Assembly: GCA_001179505.1 (NCBI GenBank)
Contig: CDMY01000408.1
Coordinates: forward strand, 21,253 to 85,252
Reading direction: 5' to 3'
DNA: 64,000 nucleotides
Source: Vitrella brassicaformis CCMP3155
Taxonomy: Eukaryota > Protista > Chromerida
The position numbers and the translations under genes are program-made. The notes under the pieces are model-generated. The model searched no databases. It was not told the origin of the DNA and saw nothing but the letters and a program-made list of their open reading frames with translations. Numbering within the stretch: the first letter of the stretch is position 1; each line of letters begins with the position of its first letter. Shown here in pieces: positions 24,949 to 37,088 of the stretch.

Positions 24949-25894
24949 ATGACGTGTCGTGGTTTCACCCGGAAGCAAGTGTTCCATTACCTCGGCAAGC
25001 ACCTCCCCAGTTTCTGCTTCCTTTTCTCCCTTCTCACCCTCGTGACTAACGACGAATGGCTGAACTTACGCCAGGGCGTGAGGTCACAGGGGATCTGCGA
25101 GAGGTAAGCCAAGCCAAGCCAAGCTCACCACGCGAGGAAGCACTGCCTGCTGTCCCTTCAGCTGGGGTTTACAGAGGTACCGTCTGTCAGTGGAGCTTGT
25201 GCCACTGACCAACGCGACGGCGACGTGTGGCGACACCTCTGTCGACTCGCCTCTGTTCGGCCGTGGCGAGTTCAAGGGCTGCAAAGTAACTCACCATTAT
25301 TGTGTATGTGAGTCATCCTACAGATGGCTGCGGCGGCGGAGCGTCAAGAGGGGCGACACTGAGGCAGCGGCCATGTGGCGGGACCTACGCGCAGCCGGCA
25401 TCGTCATGTACGTCTTCAGCAGCCTCACAATGTTCTTTATCGCTTGCAGCAGCTATGGGGAACTTGATACCGTGTCTTCTAAAATGAAGAACGGCCTCCC
25501 GACCCATCCGCATGACTTGCGAGCAGCCGTCTTCTGCACGATAGCCGTAGCGCTCTCCCTTGTTGGCGGTATGATTTGGTGGTATCTGGCCGGCTCGGCG
25601 CGATGTGCTGATTTGGTGGAGGCTCGAGCCCTCTTTGCTGCGCCCAATTGTGACATCAGCCCTGGGCGGTTCCGAGTCTGTCTGATCTCGTCTGTTCTAT
25701 CGGTCGCTATGCTGTTCCAGTGGCTGTTTGTGTGGGACCGGGTGCGTCACGACAAACGGCAAGCAGCGATCGTGGGGCAGCAAGCTCTTGCCAACCAGAA
25801 CCAGCCCGCAGCCCACACGATCGGTTACGCCGCGGCCAATCCGCAAGACGACGTCTACTACGATGCCGAGTCGACCGCAGGATCGGATGTGTGA
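24949..25894 (+). CDS. Hypothetical four-TM membrane protein, family member B; 2 exons
   Basis: Exon 1 MTCRGF...FCFLFSLLTLV...ICE|gtaag joins ttcag|SWGLQRYRLSVELV...SPLFGRGEFKGC...AAAMWRDLRAAG; ORF 25190..25894. Confidence 0.75.
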
Positions 25895-26885
25895 GCAAGT
25901 GAGTGTCATAATTGGAGAGGCAGTGCGTGTCTAGGTGTCTGTGTGCTTGAGGCAGGCTGTGTTATCTGCACTCAGTGACTTGGTAGGTTAACGGTGATGT
26001 GTTGGTGATTTTTGCTGTTGTACTAACTTTTATCTGTCCTGCCTTTATCAGTAGTGCACCTTGCCGGCAGTAGGGCCGTCTTGTGTTTGTTGTGCTGCAC
26101 TCGTGTACTCAGTCAGCCTGCCGGCCGGTGTGTGGGGATCTTTGCCTCACCCTTGTCTGCAGTGTGTGTGTGTGTCTGAGTGAGTAGTGTAAGGCTGTGT
26201 GCGACAGTGATCAACTCCGAGCGATTCACCCACTATGGGTCCACTCAGTGTCTCATCCATCTCGTCCCCAGCCAGTGTCAATAAAGGGAGCCGTCGACAA
26301 AAGACGAGGCAGTACACGCACACACACACCAGACAACAACTTAACCCACTTAATCGGCTGCCGCCCCCCNNNNNNNNNNNNNNNNNNNNNNNNNNNNNNN
26401 NNNNNNNNNNNNNNNNNNNNNNNNNNNNNNNNNNNNNNNNNNNNNNNNNNNNNNNNNNNNNNNNNNNNNNNNNNNNNNNNNNNNNNNNNNNNNNNNNNNN
26501 NNNNNNNNNNNNNNNNNNNNNNNNNNNNNNNNNNNNNNNNNNNNNNNNNNNNNNNNNNNNNNNNNNNNNNNNNNNNNNNNNNNNNNNNNNNNNNNNNNNN
26601 NNNNNNNNNNNNNNNNNNNNNNNNNNNNNNNNNNNNNNNNNNNNNNNNNNNNNNNNNNNNNNNNNNNNNCCGCCCCCCCCCCCCCCCCCACACACACACA
26701 ACTCATGACTCAGCATGGAAAGAAAAAAAACCCATCATTTCGCACCAAGCATCTGCATCGGCCTGGATCTATAAGTCACGCAAGCGTCAACGCACAGCAG
26801 CCCTCTTCATGCAGCACAAGCATCCACAGTACCTCCCCAGGCGTCGATCAGCCCCCAGCGACTCACGCGCTGACGCGGCGTGGAT

Positions 26886-27741
26886 AAAAAATCTGGCACC
26901 CAGCACAACAAGCAACGATGCATCACACAAGCTCTGTATGGATACTTGCGTCACGTATACGTGACGCGCACTTACAAATCGACTTCGTGCAGCTGATAAT
27001 ATAACACAACACAATAAGCCCCCCTCCCGATACAGTACGAGAAGAGAGGCGAATAAAAAGCGCCTCACTCCCCCATCCCCCCAACCAGGTCCATCAGGAT
27101 CCAGCCAGTGCCTCACTCCCCCATCCCCCCAACCAGGTCCATCAGGATCCAGCCAGTGTCTCACTCCCCCGTCCCCCATCGATAAAAAACGATGCAGTGC
27201 GATTGCAATACGCACTCACATCCACGTGGCACAACAACTTAACGTACACAGAAGGAGATGACAGACACTTCACCTTACGACCGACAAGCCCTCGTACGGT
27301 ACCCCATGATTGCCATCGGGACCCAAGCAAAGCACACCTCAATTAGATCGATGCTGCTCACCCAATCGCCCCGCACCCTCACACACGTCAGCACCCGACA
27401 GTAGCAAAAAAACTATCAGTCGGCACCAGCCCATGTACCATGGGAACTGATGGATAAAGCACACAACCATCAATGCGCAGCAGCCCTCTTCACGCAGCTC
27501 AACCGTTCATAGCATCCCCTCGGTCGACGATCAGCAAAGCAACAACATGCTCAGGCGGGGTGAAAAATCTCGCTCCTAGCACAACAAGCAATGATACATC
27601 ACTACAGGTGCTTGCGTCACATACACGTGACGCGCACTTATGAATCGACTCCATCCATCCGGCTCACAATAGAATACAACGCAACAGTAAGGCCCCCAAG
27701 CGATACGACACGAAACACAAATGCGAACAAGAAAGCGCCTC
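26886..27741. repeat. Imperfect ~180-bp direct repeats (26886-27067 and 27563-27741), each with a GCGTCAC...GTGACGC palindrome, around a 48-bp tandem repeat
   Basis: Shared AAAAATCT..AGCACAACAAGCAA..GCGTCAC..GTGACGCGCACTTA..AATCGACT..AAAGCGCCTC. The 48-bp unit CCTCACTCCCCCATCCCCCCAACCAGGTCCATCAGGATCCAGCCAGTG occurs about 2.4 times at 27063-27180. Confidence 0.8.
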
Positions 27742-27759
27742 CCTCCCTTCCTCCCTCCC

Positions 27760-29187
27760 TCAGTCATCCCTGGTGGATTGCTGCGAGGCGGTCTCCTCCG
27801 CGTGCTTTATCTTCTCGGCGTAGTCTTCGAACACCTTGGTGAGGCCGGGGCTCCACACGTCGTATCCGGTGACGCCGCCCAGGTCGAACCACTGGCTCTT
27901 GGTCGAACAGAAGACGCCTTCAACCGGAGGGTAGCTGTCCGGGAAGTCAAAGCAACAGACAGCCACCGTCACCATACCTGACACACACACACAGACACAC
28001 AGCCAATCGATGCGGAGGTGCCTCCCTGTCTGTCATCCATCGTGCGGCAGACACACCACACCAGACCACACCCACCTGGCAGATCCTTGGGCGACTCGAA
28101 GGCGAAGTGCGCACTGCACTTGCTGCAGAACATGCGGACGTTCCGACAGGTCGTGTGCCAGGTCTCGCACGTCTTGACTTCCGCGGTGCTGGTCAGAGTG
28201 AAGTTCTCACGGTCAACGCACATGTAGAGGCCGGCCGGAGCACCTACGCAACACAAAACAGACAGACAGACGAGACGCACACAACCACACACAAGCATCA
28301 GCACGTCGTCCGTCAAGGGAGGGAGGGAGGGAGGGAGGGCATTGAGGCTCACCGAGGCATTTCTGACACATACGGCAGCAGCAGTAGGTGGGCGGGTGGA
28401 TGGGCTCCTTGTCGTTCATGCGGATCGTGAACCGCTGTGCGCCACACAGGCATCCGCCCTCAACCGAGCCACCCACCGTGGGCACCTGCTGGATCTCCGC
28501 ACCGGTGGGGTGGGCATCCTTTGTCGACACCTCCGAGCCCGCCTCGCCCTCGCCCTGGTCTCCTGTTTCGGCCCCTCGCCCAAACATCTTGGTCAGGCCG
28601 GGGCTCCATTTCTCGTTTGTGGGGATGCCTCCGGGGCTGAACCAGCAGCTCTTGGACGAAGTCCAGATGGCCTCCACCGGGGTGAAACGGTCCGGATCAT
28701 CGAAACAGCTCACAGTCACGGTCCCAATGCATGACGACGAACAGGTCAAAAGGAAGTTGGGCTGTGTTTGGTCTCAGACTGCCGGTCTGTCTACTGTACC
28801 TGGCAGGGCTTGGGTCGCTTGAAAGTAGAATTGGCATGCGCACTTGCCGCAGAACCATCGGAGGTTCCCGGGTGACGACTCATACTTCTCGACTTCTTCG
28901 GTGCTGGTCAACACGAGATTCTCCTCCTTGACACACAGGAAGACGCCCGCTGGGGCGCCTGAACAGACAGACAGACAGACAAACAGACGGACCAACACAC
29001 AGCACAGAGACCATTGATGAGTGGAAAACAGCTGCTGGTTAAATTATCTGAAGAACATCTGCTTACCCAGGCATCTCTGGCACATCTTACAGCAGCACAT
29101 GACCGGCGGGTAGGGGGGAGGCGGGTCGGTGCACACCTTGAACCGCTGTCCGCCGCACAGGCAGCCGCCCTCAACCCATTCACTCAT
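27760..29187 (-). CDS. Tandem two-domain GFA/CENP-V (Mss4-like zinc) protein
   Basis: Domain 1: VEGGCLCGGQRF, MCCCKMCQRCLG, RWFCGKCAC. Domain 2: VEGGCLCGAQRF, YCCCRMCQKCLG, RMFCSKCSA. Both end with W..SPGLTK.F. Confidence 0.85.
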
Positions 29188-29324
29188 TGCGTCACCAAAG
29201 CAAAGATGCACCAAGGATCTCGGCGATGCGCTCGGGGAAGAAGTCGTCGTTCTGCGTGCTTAGCTCGCAAAAATAGGGTGCTTCCTGAAACCGCTGCCAA
29301 TTCGGCATTCGGCGCCCTTCAGGG

Positions 29325-30321
29325 ATGTGCGGGTTGTGCTATGCCCACGAGGTGTACCATTTCGTTGCGCGGTTCGTGGTCTGCTTTTGCATTGGGTACT
29401 TCTTCATCACCCTCTTCGAGCCATCCTTCCTCTCCCTGACACAGTACGGGACTCGCGACTACTTCTACCCAGAGATCACCGAAACGTAGGCCAAGCAAAG
29501 GCGCCCCGCTCGACAAGCCGGCGGGCAGGGCTTCCTGTGTGTCTGTCGTTCTTCGGTGGTGCAGGTACGGCCTGCAGTTTTACCGTCTGTCAGTGGAGCT
29601 GGTGCCGCTGACCAACGCGACGGCGACGTGTGGCGACACCTCTGTCGACTCACCTCTGTTCGGCCGTGGCGAGTTCAAGGGCTGCAAAGTAACTCACCAT
29701 CAGAGTGCCGAGGATCCCGGCGACCGGCATTGTGACTGCGTGGCGCCCTATGGATGGATGCACCAGCAAAGCGTCGAGAGAGGCGACACGGAGGCAGCGG
29801 CCATGTGGCGGGACTTGCGGGCAGCCGGCGTTGTCATGTACGTCTTCGGCAGCCTCACGATGGTTCTTGTCGTCCTCAGCACCTTCTGGCTACTTCCCGA
29901 TGTGGCTTCGAAGATGAGGCGCGGCCGCTCGACCCACCCGCAGGATTTGATTGCTGCCGTTCTGTTCACGGCTGCAGCGGTGCTCTGCCTTGTTGGGGGT
30001 CTGCTCTGGAGGTCTTTGGGCGGCTCGGCGCGATGTGCTGATTTGGTGGATGCTCGAGTCCTCTTTGCGGCGCCCACATGCGAGATGGGCCGCAGCGGCA
30101 TCGACGCCATGTTTGTCACTCCGCCGCTTCTTGCGGTCACCTCTTTGTTCCAGTGGCTGTTTGTGCAGGACCGAGTGCGTCATGAGAGGTGGAAAGCGGC
30201 CAGGATAGCGCAGCTGCAGGCCAATCAGAACCAGCCCGCGCCCCAGACGGTCGGCAACGCCGCGGGCAACCCACAGGACGACGTCGACGACGCCGAGACG
30301 GCCGCAGGATCGAATGTGTGA
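29325..30321 (+). CDS. Hypothetical four-TM membrane protein, family member C; 2 exons
   Basis: Exon 1 MCGLCYAH...FVVCFCIGYFFITLF...ITE|gtagg joins gcag|TYGLQFYRLSVELV; ORF 29539..30321 is closely paralogous to member B. Confidence 0.75.
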
Positions 30322-31024
30322 GAGCCAGCGGGGGGCACGTGGGAGTGGAAGGCCCTCAGAGGGGCCGGCCGATTGAGGGCAGCCGGTGCCTGCTTCCTTT
30401 CCTGGACTTTGCTGGTTGTTGGTTGCCCTGCGGCACTCAAGAGAGGGGGGGCTGCCCAGAGTGGGGCAGGGGAGGCATCACATGTATGTGGCGCGACAAG
30501 ATGCCTGCGGGCAGTTAGACCCAGTCTCACAGAAGCCAGAGATGCAGTCAGTGATTTTTCATGTGGTATGCATGCCCTTTACGCCCGCACTCGTGCCTTT
30601 ATTGATGCATAGCAGCAGCCTTCCGTCCGTCCGTCCGTCCGTCCTTGTCCCTGGGTCGGCTGTGGGTGCGGTGCACTCATATTGGCCATGTACAACTATG
30701 ACTCCGGACGTCTGCTGAGGACGGAGAGAGGTGATGTGTCTGGCTTGTGTACAAAGACCTGCATTCGTGTGCACGTGTGTGTGTGTGTGTGTGTGTGAGG
30801 GCCGTTGTTGTGCGTGAGCGGCCCTTATCTTTATCAATCAGTATTCCCGGGCGGTGGTATGGTATGTGCATCAGGCAACTCCATGCCAAATGTTGGTCGG
30901 CATTCACCACACATCAATTCCATTCATTCATTCTCACACAGACAGACCACCGAGACACCACACCCAACACCCGAACGAACAGCCTTCCAGAGCAGCACCC
31001 CATCTGTTTGTCCGTCGTCAATAA

Positions 31025-33976
31025 TCAATCAGCAAAGACGGCTGCCGACTGCTTGACGTGTTCTGGTATCTTGCTCCTCAGCCACATTTCCCTCTCGTGT
31101 GGCGTCTTGAGCCCCTCCCAGTCAGCAAAGCTCACCGACACAACCTGCCACCCCAGCTGCTGCAGCAACCGGTGCTTGAACAACGTCGAGCCATCCTGCT
31201 CAAGCCTCAGCACATCGGGATGCGACTCGTGGTCTGCTGCCGCCGCGGCGTCGCTGTCGTCGAGTACAGTAAGGAAATGCAGAGGGCCGTCGACCTCTAG
31301 AGCCACCGGGAGCTCCACCTTGTGGTCCTCAACCGACCCCTGGGAGGGGCTGGTGAGAGCGATGTCGATCAGCACGCCCTCCTTGGTGCGGTATTCGTAG
31401 GTGTGGGGCAGCGCCAGGCGGTCCAGCGTCTTGGCAACCTCCCACTGGAACGATGACTTGAGGGGCTTCGTGTCTTGCCGCAGCTCACGGCCCCACTGCT
31501 GCAGCACATCCGCCGTCAGGCTGGTCTCCATCGTCGCCTCACGCCCCCTCCCCGCCACATAGGCCACGAAGCACCAGTACAGCTGCGCCACCGTCTGCTG
31601 ACCCAGCGGCTCACCGATCTGTCGAGCCTTCTCGATCTCAGCGGGCCAGTCGATGCCATAGAAGCGGGCAAAGAGGGCCTCTGGGTAGAGGTCAAGCACC
31701 AACAGCGTCCACATGAGCAGAGTCATCATGGGATAGAGGGAGGGGGTGTCGAGCTCAGACCACCGGTCAGCGATGTGCCGCACGCAGGCAGACAGGAAGT
31801 CGGCGGGCTGGATGGCACCATGGTAAGCAGGTGGTGGTGGGGACTTGGAGTAGTTGAGGATGGCAAGGGCATACAGGATGTAGACGAGATCGGTCAGCTG
31901 CATGTCGCCTTCATCCAGCCTCTGGACAAGCAGGTAGGTACCAAGACACACGCATCAACAGACTGAGTGTCGTGTTGCGCTGTGTGTGAGTGTGCCTGAG
32001 CGGACCTGTTGGATGACTCGGACGCTGCCGTGCATGAGCCGCACAGGCTTCAGCCGCAGTGTGGCGCACTGGTTCAGCCATGACGACAGGTCGCGTGTCG
32101 GCAGCCCCACGATGAAGTCGTGACCCCACTCCACCACTTCACCAACCAGCGCATGATACTCGCGAGGGAAATACCCGATGCTGCCGAAGCAACCCACTGA
32201 AGCAACACCGTTGCAGCACAATCGGCCTTGATCAATCTGTATGTAATTTCTGCTTATCTGCTTACAGATGAAGAGAATGAGCTGCATGTCGCTCTCCGCT
32301 TGGCCGCGCTTTGCAAAGGGCTGTGTGGTCGGCGGCCCGCCGGCCTTGAGCTGGCGAAAGGTCTCTCTGAAGGCCGCCAGGACGGCTGACAGCACCACCG
32401 AGGCCTCTCGATGAATCTTTGCCACGTCGCGGTCGTGCAAACTCTGACATACATCACACACAGAGAGCAAGAGAGACGCCACGCCACGCCACGCCACCCA
32501 CAGAAATCAAGTGCACCCGCCACACCCAATTCGCCTGTCCCTTCCTCCGTCGCTCACCAGAGCTGACGAGATGCCCTGCATAAGCAGCTTGAGATGACGC
32601 AGCTCCACCCGCCTCGCCCCCTCCCCCTTCAGCCGTGACACTATGACGCCACCCACGCCATCCGGATCGACAAGCGTCATAGCGAACGAATCCACCACAC
32701 CGGACCCCTTCTCCCCCGCCTCAGCAGCTGCTGCCTTGCCGAGGACGTAGCAACATCTAGCCAGCTGCAGGTTGGTCAGCGTTTCCCGCTTGGCCATGAT
32801 GCCGTCGGGGAGACGGCGGAAGAAGCTGCCCTCGCAGCCGTTGCTGACGTTCCATGCTCCCAGGTTCAGGAGGGACTCAGCGGTGATGGTCATGTCTGAC
32901 TCATACATGGTCTCTGCGTGGGCAGCTGCCAGCTTGTCGAGCATCCGGATGACCTCTGGAGAGACTGGTGCTGGCTCTTGAGGATCAAGATGGAACCCAT
33001 GTATATGTGAATTCGGACGCCTCTGACGACGGAAAGCCGCAATCACCAAGTGCTTCAGATGGCCCCACTCTGTTGGGCTCCGATCAGCCGCCAGACGTGT
33101 GCCGTTGCCCTCGACGACAGTTTGGCCCAGCCGCACCACCTGTTTGTCCAGCACAGCCCACAGCGTTCCAATCGCCTCACAGAGGTCATCCCGGTGGTAT
33201 CGAATCGCCGAGAAACTCCGCGCCAGCTGGCCGAGGTCCGTCAACGAAAGTCGCTCCACCTCATGAGGCAAGAAACGCACCGCGCATTTGCGGAACAGGG
33301 GGCGCACCAGCTCCCTGTTAGCCTGCCTCTCCTTGTCCTGTCCTCCGAGGTAATTGCCGGCCTCCGCCAGGCCGGGGAGGATGCGCAGCATCTCGGGAAA
33401 GCCGTACGAACCAAAGTCCCTTTCAATGATCTTGACGCAGTGGTCCACCAGCCCCTTGGGCAGGGTGCGAACGATGCGCCACTCGTAGAAGATGCGAATC
33501 GCAAGCCACAGAAGGACCATGTCAGGGGGGGTTAGCAGAGGGCGGCCGTCATGCTCAGTGTCCGCCTGGCTGAGCAGCTGCTCCAGCTCGGCGAGTTGCG
33601 TCCGCACCTTCCTGGCAATCCCATGGTCGGATTTCCTCTGATGGATGACCGACTTGCTCATCGCTCTCAGATGATGCACACAGCGGGAAGCACGGATCTC
33701 GCCGAGGAAGCGCTGAGAAAGCACGAGGCTGGCTGCCGCCTCTCGCGATGGCTGCTTGGGTGTCCTCAAGTCCACTGTAGAGAGCTGCGGGGCCTTCCTA
33801 TGCACTGACAGCGGTCGCCTCTTCCTTGGCAGCGACGAGGGTGCTGGCTGATGAGCGCTAAACCACGGCCGCGTGTTTCTCAGCTTGGTCCTCTGACCGA
33901 GCCTGAGGTGAAAACACTTCGCTGTGCCCTCACAAAGTCTGAATTCGCTCGAATCTTGGAAAAACGTTGGGCTCAT
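31025..33976 (-). CDS. RAP-domain (FASTK-family) organellar RNA-binding protein with helical repeats, about 3 exons
   Basis: C-terminal SSFQWEVAKTL, VLIDIAL, ALEVDGPLHF, TLFKHRLLQQLGWQVVSVSFADW is a typical RAP domain; upstream helical repeats (LGQLARSFSAIRY, LYALAILNY); Arg/Ser-rich N-terminus. Confidence 0.88.
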
Positions 33977-34905
33977 GCTCGCGTCCCTAGCTTGCCTGCT
34001 ACTCCCTCTCTCCCCCCGCCTATCTCTCTAACGGCTCAGGCAGTGTCTTTGCTTCCATGGCGTTCTTATGCATCTGGTCAGACAAGGGTGTCTGGCAGAG
34101 CACTTTTTCAAGCACGTAAGCTCCTCTTTGTCCCTGGTTGTCGCCTTTTCAATCATTCCTTTCCCGTGTCATTCCCACGCTTGCATCGTTCCTTTGCTCC
34201 TCCTCTGCGTGAGTGCCGGTGTGACCTTGACTCGCTCGTGTGCATGGCATCATACGTGCCAGCGCAGTCATATATGGAAGTGCTTCAGCATGGACAAGAT
34301 TGGCTGCATCGGCTTNNNNNNNNNNNNNNNNNNNNNNNNNNNNNNNNNNNNNNNNNNNNNNNNNNNNNNNNNNNNNNNNNNNNNNNNNNNNNNNNNNNNN
34401 NNNNNNNNNNNNNNNNNNNNNNNNNNNNNNNNNNNNNNNNNNNNNNNNNNNNNNNNNNNNNNNNNNNNNNNNNNNNNNNNNNNNNNNNNNNNNNNNNNNN
34501 NNNNNNNNNNNNNNNNNNNNNNNNNNNNNNNNNNNNNNNNNNNNNNNNNNNNNNNNNNNNNNNNNNNNNNNNNNNNNNNNNNNNNNNNNNNNNNNNNNNN
34601 NNNNNNNNNNNNNNNCAACCAGACTTCCTCCTAGCTGCACACAAGGAGCGGGCTCGCTGGCTTGCACTCAATCCATCTCTCCCACCCAGTCAGTTTGATG
34701 GTGAGTATGACTTTATATATGAGTTGCATGAGATGGAGCAGTGGGTGCTTGACGCTGACTTGTCAGACTAGCACCCACTGCTCCATGGGAAGGGCAGATA
34801 GGCCTTGTGCATGCATTCTGCATGTGCCTGTTGCCTGTTTGGTGTGTGCTGTGGACAGAGAAGATGCCTGGTTGCGCCGGAAGGTAGCGCCGGGCTTAGG
34901 GACAG

Positions 34906-37088
34906 GTGTCTCGTCAAACCCTTAACCAACCAACCAATCCCCCTTCTCAAAGCTCGCAATGGCGATCCAAGGAAGAAGCGAAGGCCGTGGACAGCCTGAC
35001 GATGGCCGCATACAGACACGGTGAGCACCCAATGTCTGGGTCAGCGCACCTATCCATCTATCCATCTCTCATCCCTTCCACAACAGTTGTTCCACAACAC
35101 CTCATTTCTGTGCGGTGTGTCATGCAGAGCCAATTGTATCAGAGCGCAATTGAAAGACAGGCACAAGCCGCTGTGCAGCGCCCCCTGGTCGCCCGCCAGA
35201 CGACCAGCTCGTCTTGATGGCCTCTGTCGTGACCTCTCTCAGCTTGGCAGAGAGCCTGCTGGTGTCCCGCAACCCCTATGCCGTCGCGGTTGTCGCCGTC
35301 CCTGGCGGCAGCAAGGGCGGTGTGTAATACGTGGCGGTCGCTCTGCCCAAGTTCGAGAAGGCCACGAGACTGCCGCATTCGATGGAGACCATCGAGCACC
35401 TCTTCATCGGACTCGAGCAGTGCACCCTCGCACCCAGCCTCAACAACACCAAGGTGACACACAACAGACTCAGTCAACTGGATGTGCGGCACTCTTTGGG
35501 CTGTGTGTGTGTTGTGTGTGTCCTGTAGGCGGTGACGGCGGCTGAGTGGCCTCAGGTGAGCGATCGCATCAACAGAGAGTCATTCCATCGTGGCCTCTTC
35601 CCGGCGACGATGACATTTGCCGAGTACCAAGATGTGGCGGTGCGGATTTATCTGTCCAGATATCGTCTGTGTGTGTGTGTGTGTGTGCTCGCGCGTGTGT
35701 GTGTGTGTTCAGCGGTGCGATGACTCGCAACTCCCGGCAGTGGTCTCTGAGCCTTCGCGCGGCTCTGCAGCACTTCCCAGAGATGGAGACATTGTGTGGC
35801 GGGCACAACGCGCCTCTGGTGTGAGGTATAGGTGGTGGTATATGACGCCCGACTGGCCGCCCGAGGATTTCGACTACGACGGCGCTCTACGGAAGCTGAA
35901 GCTGCGTCGCGTGGAGGTCGACGAGTGGGAGAACGCAGAGGACTGCGAGGAGGGATACACCAAAGTCTACGAAATCAAACACTACACCGGTGAGTGGGTA
36001 CGGGCAGACACGCAATGGTGTGTATGGCGGGGTTTGTGGTGCGTGCTGTGTTGTGTGTGGCCACCGTGCAGGTTGTTTCCGGGACCCGAGTGGTCGGTTC
36101 ATCGATGTGCGTCCGCGTGAGGGCCGCCCGTGTTACAGCGACATGATCAAGAAGAGCGAGCGAGAGCTGGCAGAGATGCTCGTCGAGGCCATCCAGAAGC
36201 AGCAGCGGGAACTCGAGGCCTCATCTGACGACGCGAGCGGCACTAAGGAAGCACTCGAAGAGGTAGATGGGGCGGGTCGGGTCAACCAGACACACGGTTT
36301 GGTGCATGTGGGTGCGTGTGTTGCAGGAGTTGACAGCGGCCCAAAGGATGCTGGACAGCGCCACATAGCTGTACAGCATAGTAGTACTGCCACATGTGTC
36401 TGACTGATGAGATGCTGACTGATGAGAATTGATACCTGCATCAAGGGACACACTCAAATCACGCAACCTCATCAGCACCTGTACTGCTCCCGCAATCTGT
36501 GTGCATGTTTTGGTGACCAAGCAGGCCGACGTCTTGAAGTACATGCACGACGAGACGCTCAGGCTCATGAACCAGGGCTACACACCGGTGGGCGACTTAG
36601 ACACATAACATGGAGGCAGGCACCCAGGCACCCACGCGGGCAGGACGCCTCCCTGTCTGCCTGCCTGATTCAGGTCGAAGTTGGACAACTTCAACGACTT
36701 CGAGGGGTGCTCCTTTCCCACCGTGTTTCCCTACGGTAAACTATGGCAAACGTGCCTGCCTGCCTGCCTGCTTATTCACTCCCTCTGTCGTCTTGCTGCC
36801 TGTCTGTCTGTCTGTCTGTGGGAGTATGTGCCAACAGGTATCGGCATGTTCGCTCCGAACGAGTCAAAAGACATGAGCTTCATCGAGTACTGCCAGTATC
36901 TCAAGGCGCAGTATCGGCCACCGACTGCGGTCAACTGGCACCTGTGGGCAGACGCCATGATGGCCGCCCTGCCAGAGTATGCGCAGCGCCACCCACAGGA
37001 CGAACGCCTCAAGACCGTCATGCCCGCCTCACAGGGGGCAGACGAGCCGAAGCAGCCGACGGGTGAGAGTGGCTGTGTGGTGGGTTAG
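34906..37088 (+). pseudogene. Hypothetical multi-exon gene with in-frame stops (possible pseudogene or chimeric locus)
   Basis: Coding-like exons joined by GT-AG introns (RWWYMTPDWPPEDFDY..., GCFRDPSGRFIDVRPREGRPCY..., SFIEYCQYLK...). TGA at 35151 and TAA at 35325 lie in the frame that continues into YVAVALPKFEK. Confidence 0.4.

Noticed and set aside
27063-27180. 48-bp repeat as a possible CRISPR array or coding repeat (WLDPDGPGWGDGGVRH)
   Set aside because: Units are contiguous with no spacers, the context is eukaryotic with no cas genes, and there is no supported gene model.
33851-34771. 306-aa ORF spanning the gap at 34316-34615, and other X-containing ORFs
   Set aside because: Their length is an artefact of translating through 300 N; the flanks are too short to assign.
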